A stretch of 64,000 nucleotides of DNA, from contig NC_045138.2 of the NCBI RefSeq assembly GCF_008831285.2, forward strand, positions 32,054,001 through 32,118,000. Direction: 5' to 3'. Position numbers and translations under genes: made by a program. The notes beneath the pieces are model-generated. The model made no database searches and was not told the DNA's origin. It was given only the letters and a program-made list of their open reading frames with translations. Positions 12,207 through 25,141 of the stretch are shown piece by piece. Each line of letters opens with the position of its first letter. Position 1 is the first letter of the stretch. The DNA comes from Nymphaea colorata. Its lineage: Eukaryota.

Positions 12207-15200
12207 CTGCATACAGGAACACCGCCACCAATAGTACATTCATGACTAGTGAAACATAACTACGATTAAAATCAACTAGGAAAAGCACATAGGCAACACG
12301 AAAATATGTAAGTACAGAGAGATGGAGAGGAGTATAGAAACCCAAAATAGAAATGAAAGGTTCCACTATACTGCCGCTGACATGGCTTTTGACATGTGTA
12401 CCTAGCTAGCTGCATAAAAGGGATGAACATGACAAAGAACAATTACATCCAAAATGCAAAAGCTATCAATTTGGGGAATACATTAAGCAGCAAATCTTTC
12501 TGACATTAAGCAGCAAATCTTTCTGACATCAAGGGGTAGACAGAAAAATGGAACCCTATTCAGCAAGTGCCTTTGTGCAAGTTTTGTAATTTCATAGGAA
12601 CATATTTGTGAGACAGCTTACGCAAATCTGGTAAACTAGGTTCCTTTTCTTTTTGCCCAATTTACATGACTTGACTGCATAGTAACTTCCATTTATGCCA
12701 GCAAAGGTGTCTTGAATTTTGTGCAAGCAAACTTATTCATTTGAGCCATTTCAAGAAATAAAAGTAAGGGTGTTTCTTGAAAAGGGCTCTCTTTAATATT
12801 ACCTGTCAAATAAAAGCATAAGCTTCATCTTCTCATCTCTCCATGTGCATAATGACATAAATATAGGTTCAAAACAAAAGCATGGTCTCCTTCAAAGTGA
12901 CAGTTTAAAATTTTATTTATTTGCATGAAATCACAAATATTGTCAATGCTGTGGAAAGGTGTGGACATATTATCATTCTTGGGAGAGCTGTCGACATCAG
13001 CAAGATATCATAACAGTGCAAAATATCACCTACGAGATTCCATACTCAAACTGACATTCTCAGGTCAGACATGCACTAGTTGAGTTCTATGGGTAGCAAT
13101 TTCTCAAACCTAAGTGTGGCAACTCCTTTGAATCACCCTAATCTGAAAATAATTAAACCTTCAAGAATTCTAAAATTGGACAACAGACAGTAATTCTGAT
13201 TTAATTGATCGTGAATACAAAACATAAAGACATTTACAGACCAGTGACATAGGGCTCTTCCACACAATACACAAGCCTAACCCAATCCATGTTTAAGTAC
13301 TCACAACCACAAGATGACCATACAATACAAACCACAAAGATAAGTACTCAGCATGCTAAAACATACTAGAAAGTAGAAACTTACAGTACTTGAATTTATA
13401 AGTTAACAGGTAGGTGATTTTTTCTTTCGTTTTCTTTTTTTTTTCCTAAGAAGTAAGTACCTTTTTTCTGCACATATTTGAAAGATAACATGACATAAAC
13501 CTATTATCTCATTTTCCTTATACTTATTTTCCTTTTTTTTTTCCAAAACTTAAAATTTTGAAATAATAATAATAATAATGAAGGGGGGAACAAATTCACA
13601 ACTTACAGAGAAAAACCTTTCAGAGAAATTAGCAATTTGTTGTATCGTTCAATAAGATTATCTATCAAAGTTAAATAACATTTGAAAAAGTCGATGTAAA
13701 GAGAGCCACTGCATGACTTAGTACCATGATCATCTGAAATAAACAGAAACAAGTACCTGCTGCTTAGGAATTCCTTTATAGTCTCCATAGACAAGAGCAT
13801 ACTCCAATAGCTCATCGTTGTTGACCATTGAAAGAAATTGTTCTTTAGTAACAAAGAAGTAATCCTTTCCATCAACTTCACCAGGTCGTTTTGGGCGGCT
13901 TGTAGCTGTAATGACAAAGTGAATTCCCTCCCGCACTTCCTGCAGTCTCTGTTGAAACTATGATGATTTAGGCATTGGCTGCAGCAGTCATCACAGTCCA
14001 TGGCTTTAACCAGATTGAACAACTAAAAACATATTTATCAACTCCTATAAGAAGGGATCGACAAGGCTGTAAATCAAGAGTGTGGATCACTGGTAATAAA
14101 TAATAATCACAAGAACAGACAGGAAATGAACAATTAAGCAGAAAACATCCAGGATCCAGCCAGGAGCATAAAACAGGGAGAAAGAGAAAACAACCACAGA
14201 AAATTGAGATGTAAAATAGACTTTGGTTGTGAAACTTGGAAGAGTAAGAAAATTAAGAAAACCATTTGATTCATGAACATTGGAATATTCGTCTAAAATC
14301 TCATATAACATGTATTTAAAGACATTTTGTTCACTTTTTTTCAGTTTTTTCAGTTTCTTTAATGCCAAACAGTTTTTTTTTTCATTTTCTATTTTTTATT
14401 TGTTGCTAATCTACTTATCTTTTGATGTTTGTGTCATTAGTTTCTCACTTATTTTATTTTTCCCTCATTTTTAGTTTTTTAAAATTTTAAAAATTTACTG
14501 TATTTGTCCTGTTTTTTTAAAGTTCGTTGTATTATACCCGAGAAAAACCTCGCCGTTTAAAATTCCCAGATGCTATTTGTGACTATGATTCAAACAAATA
14601 TAATCTAAAGGGCATGTTTAGTAGAGTTAAGATTTTGAAACAACAGAACTATGTATCAAGGTTTCTTGGTGATCACCCAATTTTGCTGGATGGAAAAACT
14701 TATTCTTTTGCTGAAATCCAAGCTAGATTGCATGTAGCAATATATACATATTCACGTGTCTATACATAAATACATATGTATAGATACACAAGAGAGAGAG
14801 AGAGAGATTGTAGTTTTGACATTGACAGGATTACGAAGTTCAATTATATGTCAGGTTACTGCTTCCAATGTGATCGAGCTTTACCTTTTACAATTCACTA
14901 ATGTTACTGTACTCTCATTTTTACTGGTATATAATTTTACTTGTTTCAATTTGTTGATCTTGTCTCATTAAGCTAATCATGTGTATGTTTTTTATTTTTA
15001 AAATCAGTGATTCCTTCTCTGCCTTTCTTATTTTTCTCCCATTTTCGGAGCCGACTAGGACAAGCACCAACTGCTCTCAAAAGTCTAGCTTTTGCTTCCT
15101 TGGAGCTCTTAATTACACAAGTTTTCAGCAAAAATAAACAACAATGAAATGGATCAAAAAGAAAACGTACAGAACCAGAACATTCAAATTCAAACAACAT

Positions 15201-16784
15201 CCAAATTCAAAGATCTAACAGCCAGCAACTATAACAAATGCATTTCATACCTTGATAAGAGCATCTTTTCCTACTCCACTCGGCCCACTGATCACCACAA
15301 TCAAAGGATTTGTTGGTGGAGCTAGAGGTTCTGAACTGAAACATGAGCCTAGAGCTGATTCAAGTCCCCTCATCAATTCAACCTACCAAGAAGTTAGCCA
15401 GCCAAATATCATACTCAGTTGATCTACGGAAGGTATGAATTCACAACGTTGAATAGCTAAACGATCAATAAGAAACAAGAAAAGAAAAAACAGCCACCAG
15501 TATAAAGGACCAGGCTTCCAAATAGAACCAAATCCATTAATGTGTGAGTAAAGAAGAATGTTCCATTTCCATATGACACTCGATCCTGCATTTCTCCTCA
15601 TGCAAAGCATGAAGAAAATAAGGAGAAAGAATAAGAAGAAAAAAACGAGGAAAATAAATTTTTTTAAAAAAAAATCAAACACAAGGTTAATATGAGAAGC
15701 GGCCTGAAATGGCCCATTCAAAGTATTTTAGCTATCATGGGGACCTGTATCAGAAAACAGGCCTCTGTATAGGCCAATAGAATAACACAATAATATTAAA
15801 AATTTATTTCCTAATTTTTGTTTAATTTTTTATGGCTGATATGACCGAATACAGGCTGATGGGCATTGGTGATAATGTGTAGTTTTTAAAGGATTTTGAG
15901 ATGAGATGGAACTGGACATTGATAACACTGCTGGACGGTACCATGATCCCTCAACTATTGCCAAATATAGGTTGATGGGCATGGGTGATAATGAGTAGTT
16001 TTTTAAGGATTTTGAGATGAGACGGAACTGGATATTGATAACACTGCTGGATGGTACCATGATCCCTCAACTAAGTTGGGTGCACAGGCGCATTGTGGGT
16101 GAAGTTGTTAATAATTGATGATTATGATACTTTAAGCTCTACTTCAAGTGCATATATTTCTTTTATCTTTTTAAGTGTGTGTGTGTGTGTGTGTGTGTGT
16201 ATACATATATAAATATATATAGTTATAAGCTTCTCTCTCTCTCTCTCTCTGTCTATAGATATAGATATATATATATATATATATATAAAGAGAGAGAGAG
16301 AGAAGCTTACAACTACATTTGCATATCAAATAATTATATACATATACATACACACAATATATATGTACATATATGTATGATTGGTAAAGACCAGACACTT
16401 AGGTTAGGGATAAAAAACCAGACCCATCAATTTTGTTTTTAAAAAAACTATTTTAAATAAAATATAAATATCTTAATATGTTTATAAACACTATTTAGAT
16501 ATAAAACATGCTTTGGTTTGTGTTGTTTTAATGAAAACTGTTGATTTTTTTTATTATCATGCCATGGGGGCCATTCATTTTTTCTTATTATAAAAACAGC
16601 ATTAAAGTCTAACAAATGATCAACTTAGTGTATGTTTTGCATCAACCCATTCTTAAGGTCATATCAATAAGGTTAGATTGAAAAAAAAAGAACACTTTAA
16701 AAATCAAAATCAAAGGGTCTGGTTTTTATCCCTGACCTAGGTGTCTGGTTTTTAACAATCTTTCTCTTTCTCTCTCTCTCTCTC

Positions 16785-16838
<54 letters not shown>

Positions 16839-18136
16839 AAGCTTTTTTCCAAAAATGGCTCGCCAGAAAATTTTCAGCCTATATGAAAGTAAAATTTACA
16901 ATTTTTTTCAACCTAAACAAGGGATCACAACGGTTGATAAGCAGAAGTGAGAGTTCGTGAATGTTGTAATTTTTGAGTGGGATGACTTTTGCGAAACAGA
17001 AACGTGTAAAGATCTAACAATGGTTGAATTTGGAAATCAAGTGTTAGGGTGGCAGTTGGCACTGACTAGGTAATACAATAATTTCTTAATCGATAGAAAC
17101 GAATAAGAGCCATATCCAGCAGGGAAAAAGAGGTAAATTTGGAAAATTTCTTCTGCTAAGATTGTAAAAGTTAAAAAAAGAAAGGTCGTCTATTTCAATG
17201 TCATAGGCTGTCACAATATAAGGTTCTAGTTCAAAGACCCCCAGCAAGAGGAGAAGGATCAACAACACGATGAGATGAACTGTATTATTTGAATACTTCT
17301 TGTGGTGGTCGCCACTTGGAAAAGCAAAAGGTTTTCAAGGACGCTACGACATAGACCGATGAAGCACATCAAAGATTCAAAAAGAGCTGCTCACTTATGC
17401 AGAATAGCAACTTAGCAAAAGCTTATCCGTCTGGAGTTATGAGTCCTTCATGCCACCACCTGGTGGATCAGTTAGCTCGTCTCAGGCCATTCCAGGGCGT
17501 TCATGGCCATAATGGAGTAAGACTCGAGGCCGAGGCCGTGCTTCCGCCATTTCAATGCAGGACGCAGTTGGTGCTCTCCAAATATTCAACAATAAGAAAA
17601 GAAAACAAATTTATATACGCATATCGGTCCAAACAGGTCGAAATTCTCAATGTCGAGCATCTGGATAAGAAAATCTAAATCTTGAATCTCTAAATTCACC
17701 AAATAACCTAAAATCATGGTGAACAAAGATCACGGACAAAGGAAAAAAAAATGCTCAACCGAAATGCACAGAAAGAAAAAAAAAAAAAACACAACGAAAA
17801 ATTTTCGCTTTTAAAAAAAAGGAAGACCGAGGGAATTACCCTATCGGCGCCAGGAGGAGGGAGAGGGGCGGCCTGCGACCTCCTTGTGCCGCAGGTACTG
17901 AACGTCGACGCCATGGAAGCGGAGGCCGAGAGACGAGCCCTGAAACCAAACTTCTTACACTCGGAGCTCGCCGGAGGAGAGTCGGAGAAGTAGAAGCTCC
18001 GGTGCCGGCGGGGCGTAAACGGCGAGAAGGCCAAGCGAGAGGGTCCAGGCCGCACCAATGAGTGAAGGAAGTGGCGGAGGGAGGAGGAGCCCTGCAGCAA
18101 CGGGTTCCAGCCCATCCCCAACGACCGACTGGCCAT
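11868..18136 (-). CDS. GK3: Guanylate kinase, plastid/mitochondrial type (GK3 / rice VIRESCENT2-like), 4 exons, ~310-330 aa
   Basis: Exons 18136-17840, 15382-15251, 13948-13757 and 12206-11868 are joined by phase-0 GT-AG introns into one ORF. It has the P-loop [10 protein letters not shown], the GK motif [19 protein letters not shown], plus [20 protein letters not shown] and FDYVVVN, and a Ser/Arg-rich transit-peptide-like N-terminus. Start codon uncertain (in-frame ATGs at 18178, 18136, 18115). Confidence 0.92.
12480..12529. repeat. 23-bp tandem duplication (intronic)
   Basis: ACATTAAGCAGCAAATCTTTCTG twice. Confidence 0.85.
13757..13948 (-). CDS. GK3: Guanylate kinase exon 3
   Basis: CAG|AGA...[26 protein letters not shown]...GIPKQQ; 192 nt. 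Confidence 0.93.
14300..14587. mobile_element. Truncated hAT-type MITE (TGTGACTATG end family)
   Basis: Right end ...ATTATACCCGAGAAAAACCTCGCCGTTTAAAA...TTTGTGACTATG matches the ends at 22223 and 60069; left end not found. Confidence 0.65.
15251..15382 (-). CDS. GK3: Guanylate kinase exon 2 (P-loop)
   Basis: TAG|GTT...[20 protein letters not shown]...[15 protein letters not shown]; 132 nt. Confidence 0.92.
15843..16074. repeat. ~116-bp tandem duplication in GK intron 1
   Basis: Two near-identical units TGATGGGCA...GGTACCATGATCCCTCAACTA starting at 15857 and 15973. Confidence 0.9.
16379..16760. mobile_element. Long-TIR (Mutator-like) MITE in microsatellite context
   Basis: ~46-bp inverted repeats GATTGGTAAAGACCAGACACTTAGGTTAGGGATAAAAAACCAGACCC / GGGTCTGGTTTTTATCCCTGACCTAGGTGTCTGGTTTTTAACAATC. 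Confidence 0.75.
17840..18136 (-). CDS. GK3: Guanylate kinase exon 1 (transit peptide region)
   Basis: [12 protein letters not shown]...PPPGADR; donor AGG|GTAATT; GC-rich; start uncertain. Confidence 0.8.
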
Positions 18137-19485
18137 TCGTTTCCCTCCCAAACCTTCGCGTTCGGAGCCATGGTTCATCAATATCGTCACGGTTTCCAAA
18201 ATATCGGGATCTTTTCAGGTGCCGATACATACAATCAAATAAAGCAACGTTATGTTAAAAGACTTATTTATAGTATTTTCATTTTCATTTTCATTGGCGA
18301 TATTAACACGTTAAAAACAGACTTCTTAGTCACATGTATTAGAGTATTTATTAAATTCAACTTTTTAAGGTGCTATCAAGTCCGAACTTATGTTGTAAAA
18401 ATCGATTCTCATAGAAAAAACTTCAAAAAAATTATGTGTAAGAGTGGTATTCATAGCATCCCATCCGATGCAAAATTGATAGGAGATAAGGCTCCCTACC
18501 TTTTATTCCAAAAGAATAAACATAAGCTGTATATAGGAAAAAAAAGTAGTGTTTGATAGTCTCGGATCTCATATTCGAAGTTGTATTAAATGGTATGCAT
18601 GGTAAGATCGAGCACCAGTTTAAACAAACTCTTGGTAGTAAGGATTTTAAATCCACATTACATGTAAAAAAAAAACCATAAATTTGAGGTTGGGAATGGA
18701 GTTCGACCTTAAATCCACTGATCGGAGAACGATCTCAGCTTTACAGAAAGACAGACAAACCCTAAATAATGAAGAGGGAATAAGCCTCAAGAAGAACTTG
18801 AAGCCCAAAAGAACAAAAGATGAGGGTTAGGATTCAAAACTACTAATATATATAGTATAGGCAATTTACATATGTCACTTAAAATCATCTTTACATAACG
18901 TTGGTTTCATGATATTATTGTGTAGTTAACTAAATTAACTGGGCGGTCCCACTTCCTCACTTGTAGGTTCGTAGATCCTTGTCCACTAAAAAATGGTAGG
19001 GGACTCATTTTCTTTCAAGAATGATTCAGTTATCCATGTGAAACTTATTCACCGACATTCAAGAATGCGTTCAACAAAGAAAGGATTTTATTTTGTTGTT
19101 GTGGCTTTAGTTTACTCTTTCTGAGATCAGCTGCATTTAGAATCAATCTTTTGATTTTGCTTTGTTTTGTTTTTCCAGAATCGTTCTCATTTTCTTTAGT
19201 ATATTGCAAGTATTGTTTTGTCTATTTTACAAACGGTAGACTAGAGTCGAGTCTGCTGCTGGAACTTTTTGTGTAGTTATGCTTCATGTTATGCTTGTAT
19301 GGGTCACTTAGCTGACTTGGAAAAAAGCTAAGGCCATGTTTGATAGATTCGGACCCGAGATCCGAGAGACTGCTTTAAATAAGATCTTAATTTATACATT
19401 GGATCTTAAATTCAAATTATATACACAAAAACTTTGGATTTAAGATAGAATTGGACTTGAGAGGGGGGAGTTAGAGGTCTATAGT

Positions 19486-19853
19486 CAGGGATGTCAACGG
19501 ATTGGATACCCTTGATCATATCTATTTTTTTGGATATTTACATATTCGGATTCGAATATGAAAAAAGTGTCATATCTGAATCCAAATCCAAAATTTGATT
19601 TTACAATCTGAATCCAATCCAAATCCAATTTTTATATTTATATCCAAATCTGAATTTTGAACCGAATTTGTTATTCAGCATGAGATACAGGATCCTTGTC
19701 TAGAAATAAATCTGATCTGAAACTGATCGAATATTTATGTAAATCCGAATTCAAATCGACTTCTAAATAAAATATTAATTTTTTTTCATATCTGATTTTT
19801 TCGAATCAATTCAGTCATGAATTCAATTCAAATTGGATATATTGATGTCTCTG
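19486..19853. mobile_element. hAT-type MITE with ATCCGA/TCGGAT-like repeats
   Basis: Ends CAGGGATGTCAA / TTGATGTCTCTG; internal ATCCAAATCC/ATCCGAAT repeats; TSD not convincing. Confidence 0.55.
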
Positions 19854-20005
19854 TTTGTATGGCGTAAGCCAACATGAAAGAGCAATCAAAGGGCAACCAA
19901 AGGACATTAAACAAACACCAGATTTCCTAGGTAAAAATGAGGAGTAGGATTTTCAGCACATGGTCAAAACCTCATATTTGATGGCGATAGAAGGATCTTT
20001 CACCC

Positions 20006-20175
20006 CAGGGGCGGAGTCAGCATTTTGTTTAGAGACGGGCCAAATAATCCAACCTCAAATTTGGGTAAAAAAATACATTGAAAAACTAATTTTTTTTTAT
20101 TTTTCTAATATTATTTTTTTTTCTAGTTCGGGGTGGTCCACGGCCTAGGCGGCGGCCCCCCTCCCTCCACCCCTG
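20006..20175. mobile_element. Short hAT-like MITE
   Basis: TIR CAGGGGCGGAG / CTCCACCCCTG; flanking 8-mers TTTCACCC / TCTGACCC (6/8 match). Confidence 0.65.
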
Positions 20176-20355
20176 TCTGACCCTCTTTAGTTCTCAGATC
20201 CTCAGTGATCTCAAATCACCTTACAAATGGCGACATGTCAATGAAGGAATGTACGTGGGCGGTCACTGTATCACTCATTCCACCAAACACAAACACGGTG
20301 GATGGGCCAATGCATTCAGGCCTGTTTCTGAAATGCACAAAAATGAGGGAACAAT

Positions 20356-20426
20356 AAGTTCTCATTCTATGCGCTTTAAGAACATGAACACGAAGTTCTT
20401 ATTCTATGCGCTTTAAGAACATGAAC
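20356..20426. repeat. 37-bp tandem duplication
   Basis: AAGTTCT(C/T)ATTCTATGCGCTTTAAGAACATGAAC twice. Confidence 0.85.
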
Positions 20427-20881
20427 CAAATATTCCTCCAAGTAAAGATCAAATCTGTTTGTAGCTGGTGGCGATCAGCATCCATTTGGTTATTAGCTGG
20501 TAGAAGTTTGCTCATCCTTCAAGCTAGTTTTGGATAAAAACGGTCCTACATACCATTCTAGTTGCAAAGAATTTAGAAATGTGATGGACAAAAACATTAT
20601 CTGAAACACACCATTCCATTATATTTTTTATACATTTTCACGGACAGGGACAAAAAACCATACCCCTTGAGATTGATGGTTAAACCATTTTTTATGTAAT
20701 CTACCCTTTATATATATATATATACATATATATATATAAAGTTAATTATTATTTTTAGTTTAACAGTGTTCTTGTAATAATAAAAAAACAGTCTCTTATA
20801 ACATCAAAATTTTGACAGTAGAAAAATCAGTATTTTTTGGACTTGTGTTGGTTGAGCGAATCTCCACATGCTCTATGGGGG

Positions 20882-20951
20882 CAGGGGTGGAGGCAAGGGG
20901 GTTGGTTCGGTAGGGGCCTCTGCTGTTTTTCATATTTTAAAAAATTCAAAA

Positions 20952-20994
<43 letters not shown>

Positions 20995-21075
20995 GAAAAA
21001 TCTATTTCAACCCATGTTAAAATTTTGAAACTATAATTCAGTCACTGCAACAAAAAAATGTTGGCTCCAACCCTT
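20882..21075. mobile_element. Short MITE, same family as 20006-20175
   Basis: Ends CAGGGGTGGAG...GGCTCCAACCCT around an AT/(AT)n core. Confidence 0.5.
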
Positions 21076-21726
21076 TATTTAGGAGAGGGGATATCCCAAA
21101 GAGGCCCAAGTACCTCTTCATTTTTCTTTGAGGACTTAGGTAAGGTGTAAGATGTTCATTAACTAGAGTCTCATGCATCCATCATTTGCAGTTTAAAGGA
21201 GTAACGGTTATGAGAATCTAATTGATGACTGCATGTCACACACAGGCTTTCAATGATGTGAAATTTGAACAACCACATTCTTCTTCTTCTTCGTGCTTGG
21301 TGGAGGAGCACCAAGACATTATTAGTCTCCGTTTAGAGAGTTTAGTCATGCATACACATAAAAGTAGTTGAGGTGGACATCCGGTCAGGGCCCAGGATTT
21401 TTTATAAGCTTGTCCGTTGATAATTTTCTGAGCCTGACCTAGCCCATCTATGATATGAATGACTGGTTTTGTCCTGACCCTGCGGCTAACGAATTTTGTT
21501 GGTGACCGACTTGTTGATCTAATGGTTACAACTTTTCCTTTTGGTGCAATTGATCTTAGATCTCAAACGAAAGAGGAAAGATGTTGAAAGGTTGATCCAA
21601 AGCTAACTTATCATAGCCCGCACTTGATAGGGGAGAACGTTTTTTTCTTGTTAGAAGGGGGAAAATATCTCTGCTATTTCAAACAATGTGCAACGGCAAT
21701 TTTAATGGATGTGTTCCACAGACAGA

Positions 21727-21791
21727 AAGGTTATCCTTGCTTTCAAACATGCCGGCAAGGTTATCCTTGCTTTCAAACATGCCCGCAAGGT
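21727..21791. repeat. 30-bp tandem duplication
   Basis: AAGGTTATCCTTGCTTTCAAACATGCC(G/C)GC twice. Confidence 0.85.
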
Positions 21792-21797
21792 GTAAGG

Positions 21798-22223
21798 TAT
21801 AGTCACAGAAAACACGTTTCTTTTTTTTAACTTGAAAAAATGTGATAAATTAACTAGCCGTTTAAAACTTTAAAAAACATGTTTTTTGAAAAAAATACGT
21901 TAAAAACGAAAAAATGTGTTTTTAACGTATTTTTTTCACTTTTTTTTCACTTTTTGGATTTGATCTTTCTTTCCTTCTTTCTATATCTATAGTGGATAAT
22001 GGCAGATCTTAATGTTAAACAGTTTTTTTTTATTTGTTGCAAATCTACTTGTCTTTTCATGTTTGTGTTATTAGTTTCATACTTATTTTATGTTCCTCAA
22101 TTTCTATTTTTTAAAAATTTTAAAAAATTATCATATTTTTAACATTTTTTTTTCAAGCCCACCGTATTATACCCAAAAAAAGCTCTCACCGTTTAAAACT
22201 TCAAGACGTTATTTGTGACTATG
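21798..22223. mobile_element. hAT-type MITE (TGTGACTATG end family), full length
   Basis: TIR TATAGTCACA / TGTGACTATG; the 3' ~150 bp is homologous to 14430-14587 and 59915-60069; TSD not evident. Confidence 0.7.
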
Positions 22224-22820
22224 GGTGAGTCGCATATTGGATAAGAAAAAAATTCGGATACAGTATTACCTTGTTAAGTAGACCAGGTTTGGACCCGATT
22301 TTAGCAAAGGCTGGACCGATCGATGCCCCCTCTTCCATGATGGCTGACGCTAGTGAGCTGAGCCCACCTGACCCACCATGGGCACGGCTCGGTTCAGGCT
22401 TTTAATTTCTCATTTAGTAGCTGGTGGTACTGTGGGACGCACATGGGTGATTGAGCCAATGCGATGGGCCTGAGTTACTTGAATTGTACATCTTCCATAC
22501 GTGAAAACCTTCAATTTAAGGTAAGGTTGTAACTGTGGGGTTGAACACTACTTTGTAACATGGGAACTATTTATTGCAAGGATATTTGAACATTTTCTTT
22601 TTTGGATTATAAATTTTTATGAATATTTTCTTCTCACTTCACTGATTAATTTGAATGTAACTAGAAATTATTTATATACTCATGTCTAATTGGAAATATA
22701 TAATTACTCAAAAAATGGAAGGATGAAGACAACTAACCTTAAGAATGACAACCTTCAACTCACATCAACACTCGTCAATACCATCAGGCTAGCACCCTCC
22801 ATAATCGAACCGACGTCATG

Positions 22821-22894
<74 letters not shown>

Positions 22895-24346
22895 GTTAAT
22901 ATTACAAACTGAGTTTCATTGAAGTTGGAAGCCAACCACAAAAGTACTACTTTCACCCATATACGTTTAACTTAAAAATTGAGCAAGAGTAGTGCATTAG
23001 TTCTGGTATGACTGTACCATCTTTAAGTATGAAGGTTAGCATGGGAATAAATTTAGAGTTTAAAATAATATAATAGTCATATAGGTTTTGATCTCATATT
23101 ACTTGATGATTTTTTAGTTCATAGTTGTTACTGGCGCAGAGAGTTGTTTGGTCAATTTCGAGTTACATCATCACGGTTGGTACCAAAGCAGAAATTTGCG
23201 AGAGAGGCTGCAAGAATCCCTTTGCTGGTCCCTTCTTTTTTTGAGATCTATGTGTTGATCACTCCTTAGATACAAAAAGAAGATCAAGTTCATTGGGAAA
23301 GCAAAGAAAATTTAAGAGGAGTCTCTCTCTTTTTTTGCACAGTAAGCTAGCACGAATTAGTGTTAGTTCATTGAATGTCCGACCTTTTACAATAATGTTT
23401 CAATAGCCAGCCAGCAGTTAATTAGAACGTGCAAAGTTTTCTTTAGAGTAGGCGTAACTCTTGGGATTAAGACTGGTCAGTTTTTGTTTTAAATTTTTAA
23501 GGCATCAATTCTTTGTAAATTATTGATTATCGACATATAATTTGAAGCACGGAAAGTAAACTCTCTATCTTAAGTGGACGAAAGGTTAGGTGAGAGTTTT
23601 GGCTCTAGTTTTTTTTAAGTGGTAGAATAAAATACTTTCCTATTCACCAAAAATTAGAACATGCAAACATTAAATTCTATTAAATTACACTTTTCATTAA
23701 CAAAAGCGTTATTCTCGAGTCTGATTTTTTTTTTTTTTAATTAAAATCAATCGTTAGATCGCATTCAGTTTTGGTTTTATCAACCGAATTTGGTAAGCCT
23801 GCCGAACAAGACAAGTGAATTCAGTGATAAGAATCTGATTTTGAGTGGAATTTTTGAAGCAGCCGATTCAGCTAAATTTGTCAATCCGCAAAAAATATTA
23901 CAAAATTAGAACTAAAAACTCTTTTCATTTTAAATCAGCGAATTGATGCTATAACACTGCAGCAAACTAAAAAGCAAACTAGAAATAAAAGAAGTAAAAA
24001 GATCCACAAAATTAAATTGTTGCATTGACTATACTAGAATTTGGTGGGTCGATCGTCTATATAAAATGACCAAGAATTCCCCGGACTGCGTGGTGTCATG
24101 GCTGACAAGTATCATATGATAATGCAGATCTCCAACTGTCATAGATCTAGCAGATAACCATTGGCTGGTAAGTGAATGAAACTTCAGAAATTCCTCCAGA
24201 TTTCGACACTGATCGGACAACTCAATTCTCTCTCTCTCTCTCCCTCTCTGTACAGACTATAGAGTATCAGACTACCACCACCACCAACAACACCATTTTC
24301 ACCGCCACCGCGCTACTGCTCGCCAACACCATAGTCCTGATAATAG

Positions 24347-25141
24347 ATGAGACAGAGCAAAAAAATTAAGATGCCAAATGCTCTCCACAAAGCGCTCCAT
24401 GAATACTTCTTCAAGGCGAGAAGAGCAACACGATCTTCAACGGAGAATTCCGTAGCTGCTGCCACCTCGTCTTCTTCCCGCAGCTCCGCCACCTCATGGC
24501 TTTTTTCCGCCTGCAGGTTCCCGAAGACCGCCTCCTTCGCGACTGACCGGGAGGTTGAGGCGCCTGCTGGAATTCACCACTTCAACACTCTGTTCCTTGC
24601 AGACGATTCCGGCCACCTGCCGGAGTTCACTTCGATTTCCTGCAGCAGGTCGAGCGACTTCTCGACAACCGACTCCGGTTGCGTCCCCCACGATCTTACC
24701 AGCAGCGGGCGGTTCTTGATCGTGCCAGAGGCACCTAATTCCACCTTCGGCGTCAGCAACGGACTTCCGGCGGCCCCGGCTATTACGGAAACAGAAACCC
24801 GGCTCGTTGGGCACAGCGTTGCCGTCACGACGTACTCGCCGGATCCGTTTCAAGATTTTCGGCAGTCGATGAAAGAGATGGTGGAAGCGAGAGCGCATGA
24901 GCAAGGGGTAGATTGGGACTTCTTGGAGGAGTTGCTCTTCTGCTATCTAAAACTAAACCATTCCCGCGATCACAGATACATTCTCGCCGCGTTCGCGGAT
25001 CTGTTGGTGAGCCTCGGCACCGATCAGCTGCCCGCGTCCCTCCGGCCGGTCCGGTTACAGGACACGCCGGTGCAATCGGTCAATGGGCAGAAGGCGAGAA
25101 GGAAGAGTACAGGTATGAGGGAGAATCCTGCGAAAGTTTGA
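24347..25141 (+). CDS. OFP: OVATE family protein (transcription repressor OFP), intronless, 264 aa
   Basis: C-terminal OVATE domain VAVTTYSPDPFQDFRQSMKEMV...DWDFLEELLFCYLKLN...YILAAFADLL; N-terminal WLFSACRFPKTASF motif; GC-rich ORF; alternative ATG at 24371. Subfamily not assigned. Confidence 0.93.
   Translation: MRQSKKIKMPNALHKALHEYFFKARRATRSSTENSVAAATSSSSRSSATSWLFSACRFPKTASFATDREVEAPAGIHHFNTLFLADDSGHLPEFTSISCSRSSDFSTTDSGCVPHDLTSSGRFLIVPEAPNSTFGVSNGLPAAPAITETETRLVGHSVAVTTYSPDPFQDFRQSMKEMVEARAHEQGVDWDFLEELLFCYLKLNHSRDHRYILAAFADLLVSLGTDQLPASLRPVRLQDTPVQSVNGQKARRKSTGMRENPAKV

Noticed and set aside
23170..23195. Degenerate PBS-like TGGTACCAAAGC
   Set aside because: Two mismatches and no identifiable LTR pair.
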